Below are positions 1 to 9,033 of a stretch of 27,997 bases of DNA, one piece after another; the first letter of the stretch is position 1, and each line of letters begins with the position of its first letter. The position numbers and the translations under genes are program-made. Source of the DNA: Nitrosomonadales bacterium (GTDB lineage Bacteria > Pseudomonadota > Gammaproteobacteria > Burkholderiales > Nitrosomonadaceae); assembly GCA_004525885.1 (NCBI GenBank), contig SPBV01000001.1, forward strand, positions 1 to 27,997. Direction: 5' to 3'. Below the pieces are notes generated by a model that saw only the letters and a program-made list of their open reading frames with translations, was not told where the DNA came from and did no database searches.

Positions 1-926
1 AGGGTTGGTTTGTTGGCTAGGGTCGCTGCAAGGGCACGTGCTGCGTGCATGATTGGCATAACGAATGGCAGCACTCTACCATCAACCTCAGCGCAGTCAC
101 CTAAAGCATAAACGTCATCGTGACTAGTTTGCATCGATTGGTTTACTACAATGCCACGATTTACCTTGATACCGGCCTCTTTTGCAAGAGCAGTACGTGG
201 GATTAGTCCTACTGCTGTCAATAATGTATCTATTTGTAGGATTTTTCCATTAGTAAATGTAAGTTGTAATCTTTCCCCCACTTTCTCAACACGTTGAGTA
301 GTTGTATCCAAGTGAAAAATTACACCGGTATCTTCTAACCTCCGCTGCAGGAAAATACCGCCCGCGAGTGGTAATAATCTACCTAGAGGCTGAGGACTAA
401 TGTCGATCACGTGCACGTGATAACCCGCTACAGCAAGATCGTTAGCAAATTCGCAGCCAATCAACCCGGCACCGAGAATGGCTATTTCCTTTTTTGTTAC
501 TAGTGAATCACGGAAGCGACGGTAGTCGTCTAAGTCATTTACTGAGAGTATTTCTTCAACTCCATCTCCCTCTAGAGGAAGACGGATCTGATTTGCACCT
601 AAGGCCAAAACAAGTTGATCATAGTTTATTTTTTCACCATTTTGTAAGACAAGATTTTTGTTCGATTGATTAATAGCTATAACCCTACTATACGGGCGTA
701 TTACTACCTTCATTTGATCGGCCATATGTTCCGCACTATTATTTAGGAGTGATGCAGGTGTCTTGCCTGTAGCTAGAGCATTCGAGAGCATTGGTTTAGA
801 ATAGAACCCGCCATGGTCTGCAGAAAGAATAAGTACAGGTGTTTCAACATCAAGTTTACGAAACTCACGAATTACAGTGTAGCCCGCAAGTCCACTGCCA
901 ATAATAACTATGGGCTTTCTACTCAT
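1..926 (-). CDS. FAD-dependent NAD(P)H:rubredoxin oxidoreductase-like protein (pyridine nucleotide-disulfide oxidoreductase family); 3' end runs off the window
   Basis: Not in the ORF track. Manual translation from ATG at 926: MSRKPIVIIGSGLAGYTVIREFRKLD...YSKPMLSNAL...ILGAGLIGCEFANDL...VYALGDCAEVDGRVLPFVMPIMHAARALAATL. Two GxGxxG Rossmann motifs and the GD FAD motif; the YSKPMLS and CEFANDL segments are typical of rubredoxin reductases. Open to the window edge (~308 codons). Confidence 0.85.
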   Translation of the reverse strand, partial: MSRKPIVIIGSGLAGYTVIREFRKLDVETPVLILSADHGGFYSKPMLSNALATGKTPASLLNNSAEHMADQMKVVIRPYSRVIAINQSNKNLVLQNGEKINYDQLVLALGANQIRLPLEGDGVEEILSVNDLDDYRRFRDSLVTKKEIAILGAGLIGCEFANDLAVAGYHVHVIDISPQPLGRLLPLAGGIFLQRRLEDTGVIFHLDTTTQRVEKVGERLQLTFTNGKILQIDTLLTAVGLIPRTALAKEAGIKVNRGIVVNQSMQTSHDDVYALGDCAEVDGRVLPFVMPIMHAARALAATLANKPT

Positions 927-1048
927 ATTTAAATTTATATCAATTTGAAACTGATTTCATACATATCGTAGCCAAAGCGTAAACTACTTACTAAGTTTGT
1001 TCGATTATTATATTTTAGTATTATCACAAGGAAATTTAGGTTTTCAGA

Positions 1049-1453
1049 TCACACTGCTACCTTACGCTTAAGCGCATATTTTTTTACGGTATTTAGTAGA
1101 CTTTCTTTGGTGAAAGGTTTGGTTAAGTACTCATCGGACCCGACCATTCTGCCACGAGCCCTATCAAATAAACCATCCTTACTTGAAAGCATGATGACGG
1201 GAGTAGATTGAAAATGGGAATTCCTTTTGATTAGAGTGCAAGTTTGATAGCCATCAAGACGTGGCATCATTATGTCAACGAAAATAATATCTGGATGGTT
1301 GTCAATAATTTTGGCCATCGCATCAAATCCATCTACAGCTAAAATTATTTCACATTTAGACTGAGTGAGAAAAATTTCTGCGCTTCGGCGAATAGTATTG
1401 CTGTCATCGATTATCATGACTTTAACACCTGTCAAATCATCGGTATTATCCAT
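1049..1453 (-). CDS. pilG: Single-domain response regulator PilG (Chp/Pil chemosensory system)
   Basis: Receiver domain with DD, phospho-Asp in FVDIMMP and TKPF, plus the PilG-type segment SSKDGLFDRARGRMVGS. GAGGAG RBS upstream. Confidence 0.9.
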   Translation of the reverse strand: MDNTDDLTGVKVMIIDDSNTIRRSAEIFLTQSKCEIILAVDGFDAMAKIIDNHPDIIFVDIMMPRLDGYQTCTLIKRNSHFQSTPVIMLSSKDGLFDRARGRMVGSDEYLTKPFTKESLLNTVKKYALKRKVAV

Positions 1454-1572
1454 CTTTACTCCTCAGATTTCTTGAATGTAGCCACGTTTTGGCGCCATCT
1501 TTTTTCAAGCATATCAGCCTTGCGGCTTTAGGTACAATTCTACGGGTTATTATAGGTTTAAAATCCACGTAA

Positions 1573-3033
1573 TTACTTCCTCCAGAACGCAGGAACAAAC
1601 ACAACAAGCAAAGTAAAGAGTTCTAGTCGTCCTAATAACATGGAGAAGCTACATATCCAAGTCTGAAAATTAGTGAGTCCCGCGAAAGTAGTAGCAGGAC
1701 CTACTTGATTGAGTCCCGGGCCCAGATTGTTGATACATGCTACCACGGTAGAAAAAGACGTTATAAAGTCTAGTCCACTAAAAGCAAGGATTAGCGTTAA
1801 GGAGACTATGCTGGCCAAATATATGGATAGAAAGGCCAATATCGCGTAAATAATTTTGTTTGATACTACGTTGTTGCTAACCTTAATAGGTAAGACTGCT
1901 TGAGGGTGCATAATTACAATCATTTCACGAAAGACCTGTTTGAATAGAAGCTGAGCACGGATCATCTTAATACCGCCCCCAGTAGAACCAGATGACGAAC
2001 AGAAACAGCAAAGTGTTAACATCCACAAAGGCGCAAAGATAGGCCACAAATTATAATCTGCATTACTATAACCAGTGGTAGTGGCAACTGATACCGTATT
2101 GAAACTAGCATAGCGCAATGCGGTGAGTAAGTCTGGATAAACTCCCATATTCCACAAGTAAATGGTAAGCATTAGGCAGCTTATTAAAATAATGGCAATG
2201 AACAGGCCGGCTTCTGGGTCGTAGCGATAGGGTAATAGGGCTTTTTCTCGCCACGCTAAAAAATGCGTGGCGAAATTTATCCCTGCAATCAGCATGAAAA
2301 CTATGGCAACACCTTCAATCTGCGGTGAATCCCAGTAGGCAAAGCTTGCATCATGGGAAGAAAAACCGCCAAGTCCAATGGTGGTAAAGGCATGCATTAC
2401 TGCATCTAGCCATGTCATACCAGCTAGCTTGTACGAAAAGGCACAAGCAATCGTTATCCCTGTATAAACCAGCCACAGGCCTTTGGCAGTTTCGGCAATA
2501 CGTGGTGTTAACTTAGTGTCTTTCATTGGACCGGGCGTTTCGGCCTTGAACATCTGCCTACCACCCACTCCGAGTAACGGCAGGATGGCAACTGCCAGCA
2601 CAATCAAGCCCATTCCCCCCATCCAAATCATTTCAGTGCGCCACAGGTTGATTGAAGGTGGCAGCAAGTCGATTCCTGTCAGAACCGTGCCGCCAGTTGC
2701 GGTAAGACCGGAAGTAGCTTCAAAATAAGCTTTTGTAAAACCCAGATACGGCAGATGGAATAACAATGGTAGTGTGGCAAATACTGGTAACACTGACCAG
2801 ACCAGCACCACTAGTAAAAAACCGTCACGTGCTTTTAGTTCACGCTTGTAGCTGCGTGTCACTACCCACATCATTAAACCCGAAGTAATAGTAATTGCGG
2901 CGGACTTATAGTAAACAAACTGCACAACGTTATCTAGCCAAATAGAAAGTGCGAGAGGAAGCAACATGGTGAATCCGAATATCAGGATTACTATGCCAAG
3001 CACATTGAGGACTGCAAAAAGTCGACTCATCAA
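1573..3033 (-). CDS. trkH: Trk potassium uptake membrane subunit TrkH
   Basis: Four pore-loop motifs (TATGGT, GLGGFS, TTTGYS, NNLGPG), GSTGGGIK and C-terminal GRLE; adjacent to trkA. Confidence 0.95.
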   Translation of the reverse strand: MMSRLFAVLNVLGIVILIFGFTMLLPLALSIWLDNVVQFVYYKSAAITITSGLMMWVVTRSYKRELKARDGFLLVVLVWSVLPVFATLPLLFHLPYLGFTKAYFEATSGLTATGGTVLTGIDLLPPSINLWRTEMIWMGGMGLIVLAVAILPLLGVGGRQMFKAETPGPMKDTKLTPRIAETAKGLWLVYTGITIACAFSYKLAGMTWLDAVMHAFTTIGLGGFSSHDASFAYWDSPQIEGVAIVFMLIAGINFATHFLAWREKALLPYRYDPEAGLFIAIILISCLMLTIYLWNMGVYPDLLTALRYASFNTVSVATTTGYSNADYNLWPIFAPLWMLTLCCFCSSSGSTGGGIKMIRAQLLFKQVFREMIVIMHPQAVLPIKVSNNVVSNKIIYAILAFLSIYLASIVSLTLILAFSGLDFITSFSTVVACINNLGPGLNQVGPATTFAGLTNFQTWICSFSMLLGRLELFTLLVVFVPAFWRK

Positions 3034-3042
3034 TAGACCCTG

Positions 3043-4491
3043 TTACAGGAAGCCAATACCAACCTGAAATAATTTTTCCACTTGGTGGATTAGTTTTTTA
3101 TTGATCACAAATACAATAACATGATCTTCCGCTTCAATTACTGTGTCATGATGCGCAATTATTACTTGCGCATCATGATCAAGTGGGTTTTCCCCTTCCT
3201 CATTGCCCCATCCCCGTTTTTCTGCTACCGATAGACTGCGCACAATGGCGCCAATAGTTGCACCCTTGGGTAATTTGATATCAGCTACTTTTCGCCCTAC
3301 GACATTTGATGAATTAGCGTCACCGTGAGCGACTAGTTCCAGTGCTTCTGCTGCACCTCGTCGGAGGCTATGCACGGCTACTACATCGCCACGTCGGACA
3401 TGTGCGAGCAGCGAGCCGATAGTAACTTGTGCAGGAGAGATGGCAATATCAATATTTCCGCTGTGTACCAGATCGACATATGCACTACGGTTGATGAGCG
3501 CGAGTACCTTACGGGCGCCCATACTTTTTGCTAGAAGTGCGGCCATAATGTTGTTCTCATCATCGTTAGTGAGCGCACAAAACATATCCATTTCAGCAAT
3601 ATTTTCACTTTCCAGTAAACCTTCATCTGTAGCATCCCCGTGTAAAACTAATGTGTGATGAAGATCTGCTGCTAGACGCTGACTTACTCGTTTGTCATAT
3701 TCAATAAGTTTGACCTGGTAATTTTTCCCCTGTGCCTTATCCAGCGTATTAGCTAGACGCTTGCCAATATTGCCGCCCCCTGCGATCATTACGCGTATGA
3801 CTGGTTTATCCATTTGTCGTAGTTCGCTAATCACACTTCGAATATCATTTGCTGCGGCAAGAAAAAATACCTCATCCTCAGCTTCAACCACGGTATTTCC
3901 TTCTGGGATAATAGGACGGTCTTTACGAAATATTGCTGCCACACGCGTATCAACATTAGGTACGTGCTGGCGTAATTCCCGTAGTTCACGGCCAACTAGA
4001 GGACCACCGTGGAAAGCTCGTACAGCAACTAGGCTCACTTTGCCATTTGCAAAGTCAAGTACTTGCAAGGCACTTGGAAATTCGATCAGCTTTTCTATGT
4101 AATCGGTCAAAATCTGTTCTGGGCAGATGGCGAAATCAACCCCAAAATTTTCCGGCGAAAAAATTTCTGGATAGCTAAGGAAATTGGCCGAATGAATACG
4201 AGCAATCTTGGTCGGTATATTAAACATTGTGGCGGCGAGTTTGCATGCAACCAAATTGGTTTCGTCACTTTGAGTTACAGCAAGAATCAGGTCAGCATCC
4301 TTGGCGCCAGCTTTAATCAGCACTGACGGGTGGGAGGCATTACCTACTACAGTGCGCAAATCAAGATGATCCTGTAGTTGTAGGAGTCTATTTGAGGCCA
4401 CATCAACCAGAGTAATATCGTTGGCCTCACTTACCAGACTTTCTGCCACAGAAGTACCTACTCGTCCTGCGCCTAGAATGATGATCTTCAA
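3043..4491 (-). CDS. trkA: Trk potassium uptake regulatory subunit TrkA (TTG start)
   Basis: Two RCK_N domains (GAGRVG, GGGNIG) and two RCK_C domains; HSLRRGAAEALE motif. The first codon is TTG, with an in-frame stop a short distance upstream. Confidence 0.96.
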   Translation of the reverse strand: MKIIILGAGRVGTSVAESLVSEANDITLVDVASNRLLQLQDHLDLRTVVGNASHPSVLIKAGAKDADLILAVTQSDETNLVACKLAATMFNIPTKIARIHSANFLSYPEIFSPENFGVDFAICPEQILTDYIEKLIEFPSALQVLDFANGKVSLVAVRAFHGGPLVGRELRELRQHVPNVDTRVAAIFRKDRPIIPEGNTVVEAEDEVFFLAAANDIRSVISELRQMDKPVIRVMIAGGGNIGKRLANTLDKAQGKNYQVKLIEYDKRVSQRLAADLHHTLVLHGDATDEGLLESENIAEMDMFCALTNDDENNIMAALLAKSMGARKVLALINRSAYVDLVHSGNIDIAISPAQVTIGSLLAHVRRGDVVAVHSLRRGAAEALELVAHGDANSSNVVGRKVADIKLPKGATIGAIVRSLSVAEKRGWGNEEGENPLDHDAQVIIAHHDTVIEAEDHVIVFVINKKLIHQVEKLFQVGIGFL

Positions 4492-4556
4492 TTGAATTAC
4501 CCATCCTGAAATGTTGTGATTTTATCCCCACTTTATGGGAGCACCTACGGTTATTC

Positions 4557-5342
4557 CTATCGGCTTATACGTATCCAGTCACGCCATTGTAAAAACAGGT
4601 TTGGATCCAGTGCGGCAATTGCCGAGCGCTGCCACAGTGGCTCTTTCCAGAAATCATCTAGATCAAAACCACACATGTGTCCACCCGCTTCTTCTAAAAT
4701 TAAACAGCCAGCGGCATAATCCCATAGTTTTTGTCCACCGTGTAGGTAAAGGTCAAAGCGACCAGCAGCAGTAAAACACCATTCCAATGCACAGGCTCCA
4801 TAATTTCGTTGTGAAGAAAACGGGGGAACAGTAGAGACCGCAGTGGCTAATTTTCTATTAAGTCGTTTCAAATCTACACTTGCTATAGCACCATTTAGAG
4901 TAGGTGTGTATTTTTTGATTGGTAGCTTTTCATCATTTAAGAAAGCCCCCTTTCCTTTCTCAGCATAAAACATTTCATCTGCTATTGGATCGTAAACTAC
5001 ACCGAGAACACTTCTGCCATGACGCATCAGTGCAACCGAAACTGCAAAATAAGGCAGGCCATTGACAAAATTGGTGGTGCCGTCTATTGGGTCTATACAC
5101 CATAGCCCAGCATCTCCCGAGCTCCATTGATCATTCTGTTGTTTCTCTGACATTTCCTCACTTACTATTGTGCCCGGATAAATTTTTTGTAATTTCCGTA
5201 ACAGAGCTTCCTGTACAGCTATATCGGCCTCAGTACAAAAGCTACCATCAGATTTGCAATGACGTGATACTTGCTGCAGGTAACGCGGCATAATTTCTTG
5301 CTTTGCTACCTCTTTTACTGCAGTAATGACCGCATTTAGCAT
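4557..5342 (-). CDS. Inositol monophosphatase family protein (SuhB/CysQ-like)
   Basis: Motifs TEAD, SEE, WCIDPIDGTTNF and WDYAAG. Start moved from 5360 to ATG 5342, two bases after the upstream gene's stop codon (translational coupling). Confidence 0.9.
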   Translation of the reverse strand: MLNAVITAVKEVAKQEIMPRYLQQVSRHCKSDGSFCTEADIAVQEALLRKLQKIYPGTIVSEEMSEKQQNDQWSSGDAGLWCIDPIDGTTNFVNGLPYFAVSVALMRHGRSVLGVVYDPIADEMFYAEKGKGAFLNDEKLPIKKYTPTLNGAIASVDLKRLNRKLATAVSTVPPFSSQRNYGACALEWCFTAAGRFDLYLHGGQKLWDYAAGCLILEEAGGHMCGFDLDDFWKEPLWQRSAIAALDPNLFLQWRDWIRISR

Positions 5343-5344
5343 GC

Positions 5345-5902
5345 CTACTCTACTCGCCATTTAATTGAGCAACCAATGCTAGGAATCTGATTATCTGGCC
5401 CTTGACTCGTTTCTGCAATTTTTAGCATGCCCTCAAAAAGGTCGCGACGCACATCAACAGGTGCTGCTTCCCTGCGCGAAGCATCGAGTCGTCCTCGGTA
5501 TTGTAATTCGAGTTTGTTGTTCAAACCAAAAAAATCCGGTGTACATACCGCACCATAAGCTTTAGCAACCTGCTGAGATTCATCCAATACGTAAGGAAAG
5601 GAAAAATCAAATTTTTTTGCCACTAAAGCCATATTGTCAAATGAATCCTCTGGGTAATCCAAAGGGTCGTTTGACATGATAGCTATTGCACCGATGCCGT
5701 GCAGATGTAGCTCTTTTACATCCCGAACTATACGGTCTAGAACAGCCTTTACGTAAGGGCAGTGATTACAGATAAACATTATCAATAATCCATTTTGACC
5801 TCTAACTGTTTCTAGATCATAACGTTTTCCGTCAATTCCCAATAAATTAAAATTTTCTGCTTTCCATCCAAAATTACAAATTGGCGTTTCTAAGCTTGCC
5901 AT
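5345..5902 (-). CDS. Thioredoxin-fold AhpC/TSA family protein (PRX_like1 type)
   Basis: FICNHCPYV, CTPDFF, YRGRLD and C-terminal GCSIKW are the family signature; AGGAG RBS. Confidence 0.88.
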   Translation of the reverse strand: MASLETPICNFGWKAENFNLLGIDGKRYDLETVRGQNGLLIMFICNHCPYVKAVLDRIVRDVKELHLHGIGAIAIMSNDPLDYPEDSFDNMALVAKKFDFSFPYVLDESQQVAKAYGAVCTPDFFGLNNKLELQYRGRLDASRREAAPVDVRRDLFEGMLKIAETSQGPDNQIPSIGCSIKWRVE

Positions 5903-5981
5903 ATTTTTTCTCCTATAATCCTGTAGAAAATTGCTGTTATATTATCATGGGTGAGATTCTTAATAACCTACTTGGTAAATC

Positions 5982-6749
5982 ATGACGTGTCCTCGTTTTT
6001 ACTACCCTGACCAGATCATTGTCGGCCAGTCTATCGAATTGCCCGATAGGGTTATGCATCATGCTGTACATGTTCTGCGGCTTGAGAAGGGCGATAAAGT
6101 CATCTTGTTCAATGGTAAAGGTGGTGAGTTTTCAGCATTTATTGAGTGTATTAGTAAAACTACTGTCTTAGTTTTAACAGAAAAATATTTTGCTATTGAA
6201 CGTGAATCACCGTTACAAATTACGTTGGCTCAGAGCATATGTACAAGTGTAAAAATGGACTTAATTGTACGCAAAACAGTAGAGCTAGGTGTCAGTAACA
6301 TTCAACCTATTGCTGCGGAACGCAGTCTGGTAAAGCTTTCAATCGAGCGCACAACCAAACGTGTATGGCATTGGCAGCAAATAGCTATCTCAGCTTGTGA
6401 GCAGTGCGGTAGGAATCGTGTGCCACAAGTGCTGCCGCCCATCCCTTTGTCAACTTGGCTTGATAGGCAAATAATTACGCAAAAAGAATGGAGTAATAAA
6501 ACCCATAAAAATTTATTTTTTATGCTTTCACCAATAGCAGAAAAAGGACTTCGCGATTTCTCCAAGGTTTTGTCAATTACTGATTTAACTTTGTTGGTAG
6601 GACCAGAAGGTGGCTTTACATTGGAAGAAGATACTATTGCATTAATTGCAGGATTTTACCCATTACGTTTAGGGGCGCGCACGCTAAGAACAGAAAGTGC
6701 AGCACTTGCGGCGATTGCTGCACTACAGTCTTTGTGGGGAGATTACTAA
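5982..6749 (+). CDS. rsmE: 16S rRNA m3U1498 methyltransferase
   Basis: HVLRL, KTVELGV, EQCGRN, VGPEGGF and LRTESA motifs of the SPOUT RsmE family. Confidence 0.95.
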   Translation: MTCPRFYYPDQIIVGQSIELPDRVMHHAVHVLRLEKGDKVILFNGKGGEFSAFIECISKTTVLVLTEKYFAIERESPLQITLAQSICTSVKMDLIVRKTVELGVSNIQPIAAERSLVKLSIERTTKRVWHWQQIAISACEQCGRNRVPQVLPPIPLSTWLDRQIITQKEWSNKTHKNLFFMLSPIAEKGLRDFSKVLSITDLTLLVGPEGGFTLEEDTIALIAGFYPLRLGARTLRTESAALAAIAALQSLWGDY

Positions 6750-6880
6750 TTTAGTATTGAGGACATGTTTTGAGTATATGCTTACGAATTGTAGACTACG
6801 GATAATTTTGATTATTGAATCTTAATTAATTGCAAAAAAGGGTATAGCCAAATGAAATTTCTATGGTATCGAGGTAAAAC

Positions 6881-8218
6881 ATGAATCCAAACACTAATTT
6901 TGTAACTTGGTTTCGCTCGGTTGCGCCTTATGTCAACGAATTTCGCGGAAAAATATTCGTTGTTATTTTTGGCGGAGAGGTTTTAGCGGATGAGAAATCA
7001 GTAGAATTTTTTCGTGACCTCAACTTGTTGGCAAATTTAGGTGTAAAGCTAGTTCTAGTCCATGGTGCGTACCCGCAAATTGAATCGCGATTAAAGGAAT
7101 ACAACTTACAGTCTAAGTATGTTAAAGGAATGCGAGTTACTGATGCTTCAACGCTGAAACTCGTTAAGGAAACAATGGGACGAGTTCGCATTGAAATTGA
7201 GGCGTTGCTGTCCATGGGTCTATCAAAACCACCTATGACTAACTCTACCATTCGAATTACAAATGGCAACTATATAACTGCTCGTCCTATAGGAGTGGTA
7301 GATGGTGTTGATCTGACGTTCACTGGTGAAGTACGTAAAGTTGATGCGGCTGCTATTCTCTCGCATCTGGAACAAGGCGAGATGACGTTGCTTTCACCGT
7401 TAGGATATTCTCAAACTGGTGAAGTTTTTACTCTGACACCCGAAAATGTCGCGATTGAGGTAGCAATCGCACTAAAAGCAGATAAACTCATTTTTCTAAT
7501 GGACAAACCTGGTATAGAGAGGAAACCATCTGGTAACTTGGATACATCGTTACGTGAGCTGACTTTAGCCGAGGGTAGAGCATTGCTTTCAAAGCTTGCA
7601 AATAACAGTGTCAAGCTTTCTAAAGATATGCAAAAATATTTGCCATGCGCAGTGCAAGCCTGCATGGGAGGGGTGGAGCGTATTCACCTTATTAGCCGAC
7701 ATCTAGATGGCGCCATGTTGCAGGAATTATTCACGCACAAAGGCATTGGTAGCATGATTTCACGTGGTCCGATACAAACTTTACGTTCTGCAGAGATTGA
7801 TGATGTGAGTGGTATTTTACAGTTGATTGAACCGCTGGAAGCTGAAGAAGTATTGGTGGGGCGTGGTCGTGAACTAATCGAGATAGAAATCGATCGTTTT
7901 TTAGTACTAGAACATGACCACATGATCATTGGCTGCGCTGCTCTTAATCATTTTTCTGGAATGCATGTGGGTGAACTTACCTGTCTGGCGGTGCATTCTG
8001 ATTATCGTAATACTGGATGTGGTGATGCCTTACTCAAGCATATTGAAACTAAGGCTAGAAATCATGGAATTAAAAAGTTATTTGTACTGACTACACGTAC
8101 CGCGCACTGGTTTGTAGAGCGCGGATTCAAAGAAACTAGTATAGAGGAATTACCTAAAGCTAGACAGGAGAAATACAACTATAAACGACGTTCCAAAATC
8201 TTCATCAAAAATATATAA
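6881..8218 (+). CDS. argA: Amino-acid N-acetyltransferase (N-acetylglutamate synthase; kinase-like plus GNAT domains)
   Basis: WFRSVAPY, FGGE, LVHG, ELFTHKGIG, CLAV and TTRTAHWF motifs; GAGG RBS. Confidence 0.95.
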   Translation: MNPNTNFVTWFRSVAPYVNEFRGKIFVVIFGGEVLADEKSVEFFRDLNLLANLGVKLVLVHGAYPQIESRLKEYNLQSKYVKGMRVTDASTLKLVKETMGRVRIEIEALLSMGLSKPPMTNSTIRITNGNYITARPIGVVDGVDLTFTGEVRKVDAAAILSHLEQGEMTLLSPLGYSQTGEVFTLTPENVAIEVAIALKADKLIFLMDKPGIERKPSGNLDTSLRELTLAEGRALLSKLANNSVKLSKDMQKYLPCAVQACMGGVERIHLISRHLDGAMLQELFTHKGIGSMISRGPIQTLRSAEIDDVSGILQLIEPLEAEEVLVGRGRELIEIEIDRFLVLEHDHMIIGCAALNHFSGMHVGELTCLAVHSDYRNTGCGDALLKHIETKARNHGIKKLFVLTTRTAHWFVERGFKETSIEELPKARQEKYNYKRRSKIFIKNI

Positions 8219-8529
8219 GTATAGACTTAGGTATTTATATGGATACTTATAGCTTGGAGCGAACCAAAAAACACTAAAGACCTCAATGTTATATTTCGTA
8301 ATGTTATTTGTATGGTATTGATCTATCCTACTTCACCCATATTTTATTCTTATCTTTTATATTTAGTGGAAATGGTAGAGGATGGATATATTGCCATCCT
8401 TATTAGCAAGTTTCTGTGTCCATGTACGTAAGAGCTATCTGGTCATTTCTTGGCTTCTATGGTTTACTTAGCTTAATGGAATAATTCTACTTAGAAAGCC
8501 GCGCCTATTATTTTGATTGGAGAAATCTA

Positions 8530-8802
8530 ATGGTAAGAATGGTTCAATGTGTCAAATTTGGATGCGAAGCAGAGGGCCTAGATTTTCCACCCTACCCAGG
8601 TGAGCTGGGCAAACGCATTTTTGAAAAGGTGTCTAGAGAAGCATGGGCTGGGTGGATAAAACACCAGACCATGCTGGTCAATGAGAACCGCTTAAATTTA
8701 TCCGATATCAAAGCACGCAAATATTTGGCAGAACAAATGGAAGCTCACTTCTTTGGCGCTGGTGCAGAGAATCCTGTAGGCTACGTGCCACCATCACAGT
8801 GA
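8530..8802 (+). CDS. yggX: Fe(II)-trafficking / Fe-S oxidative damage protection protein YggX
   Basis: Conserved Cys7, [20 protein letters not shown] and GYVPP; GGAG RBS. Confidence 0.95.
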   Translation: MVRMVQCVKFGCEAEGLDFPPYPGELGKRIFEKVSREAWAGWIKHQTMLVNENRLNLSDIKARKYLAEQMEAHFFGAGAENPVGYVPPSQ

Positions 8803-9033
8803 GAAATGTTCAGGCTTCTTTACCTAGCTTTAATAGCTGAATTTCTTATTTTTAGTAAATTCCTATAAGTCGAATTTATTTAGAAAGTACTTGTTCGTTA
8901 GTAGGTTACAAACAATTCATTTCTTAAAAAGACAGTAAAATCGATATCTTATATTTCTTCACCTTTCCCCTTAAAAACTTTAGGTCAGAAAATAATAATA
9001 TGCCAAAAACTCACTATTTTGTGGTTCAATAAC

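Noticed and set aside
927-1048. Possible rubredoxin or pilH remnant between pilG and the reductase
   Set aside because: No CxxC pair or receiver-like fragment in the minus-strand frames I read; AT-rich spacer.
1454-1572. Possible sigma54 promoter or hairpin upstream of pilG
   Set aside because: TGGCGC is present but the -12 TTGC is not at the required spacing. A TATAAT exists without a matching -35. The pairing is too interrupted to call.
6750-6884. Short upstream ORFs before argA (MLTNCRLRIILIIES; MKFLWYRGKT overlapping the argA ATG) as an arginine leader peptide
   Set aside because: No Arg-codon run, no attenuator hairpin and weak RBSs; such ORFs are expected by chance.
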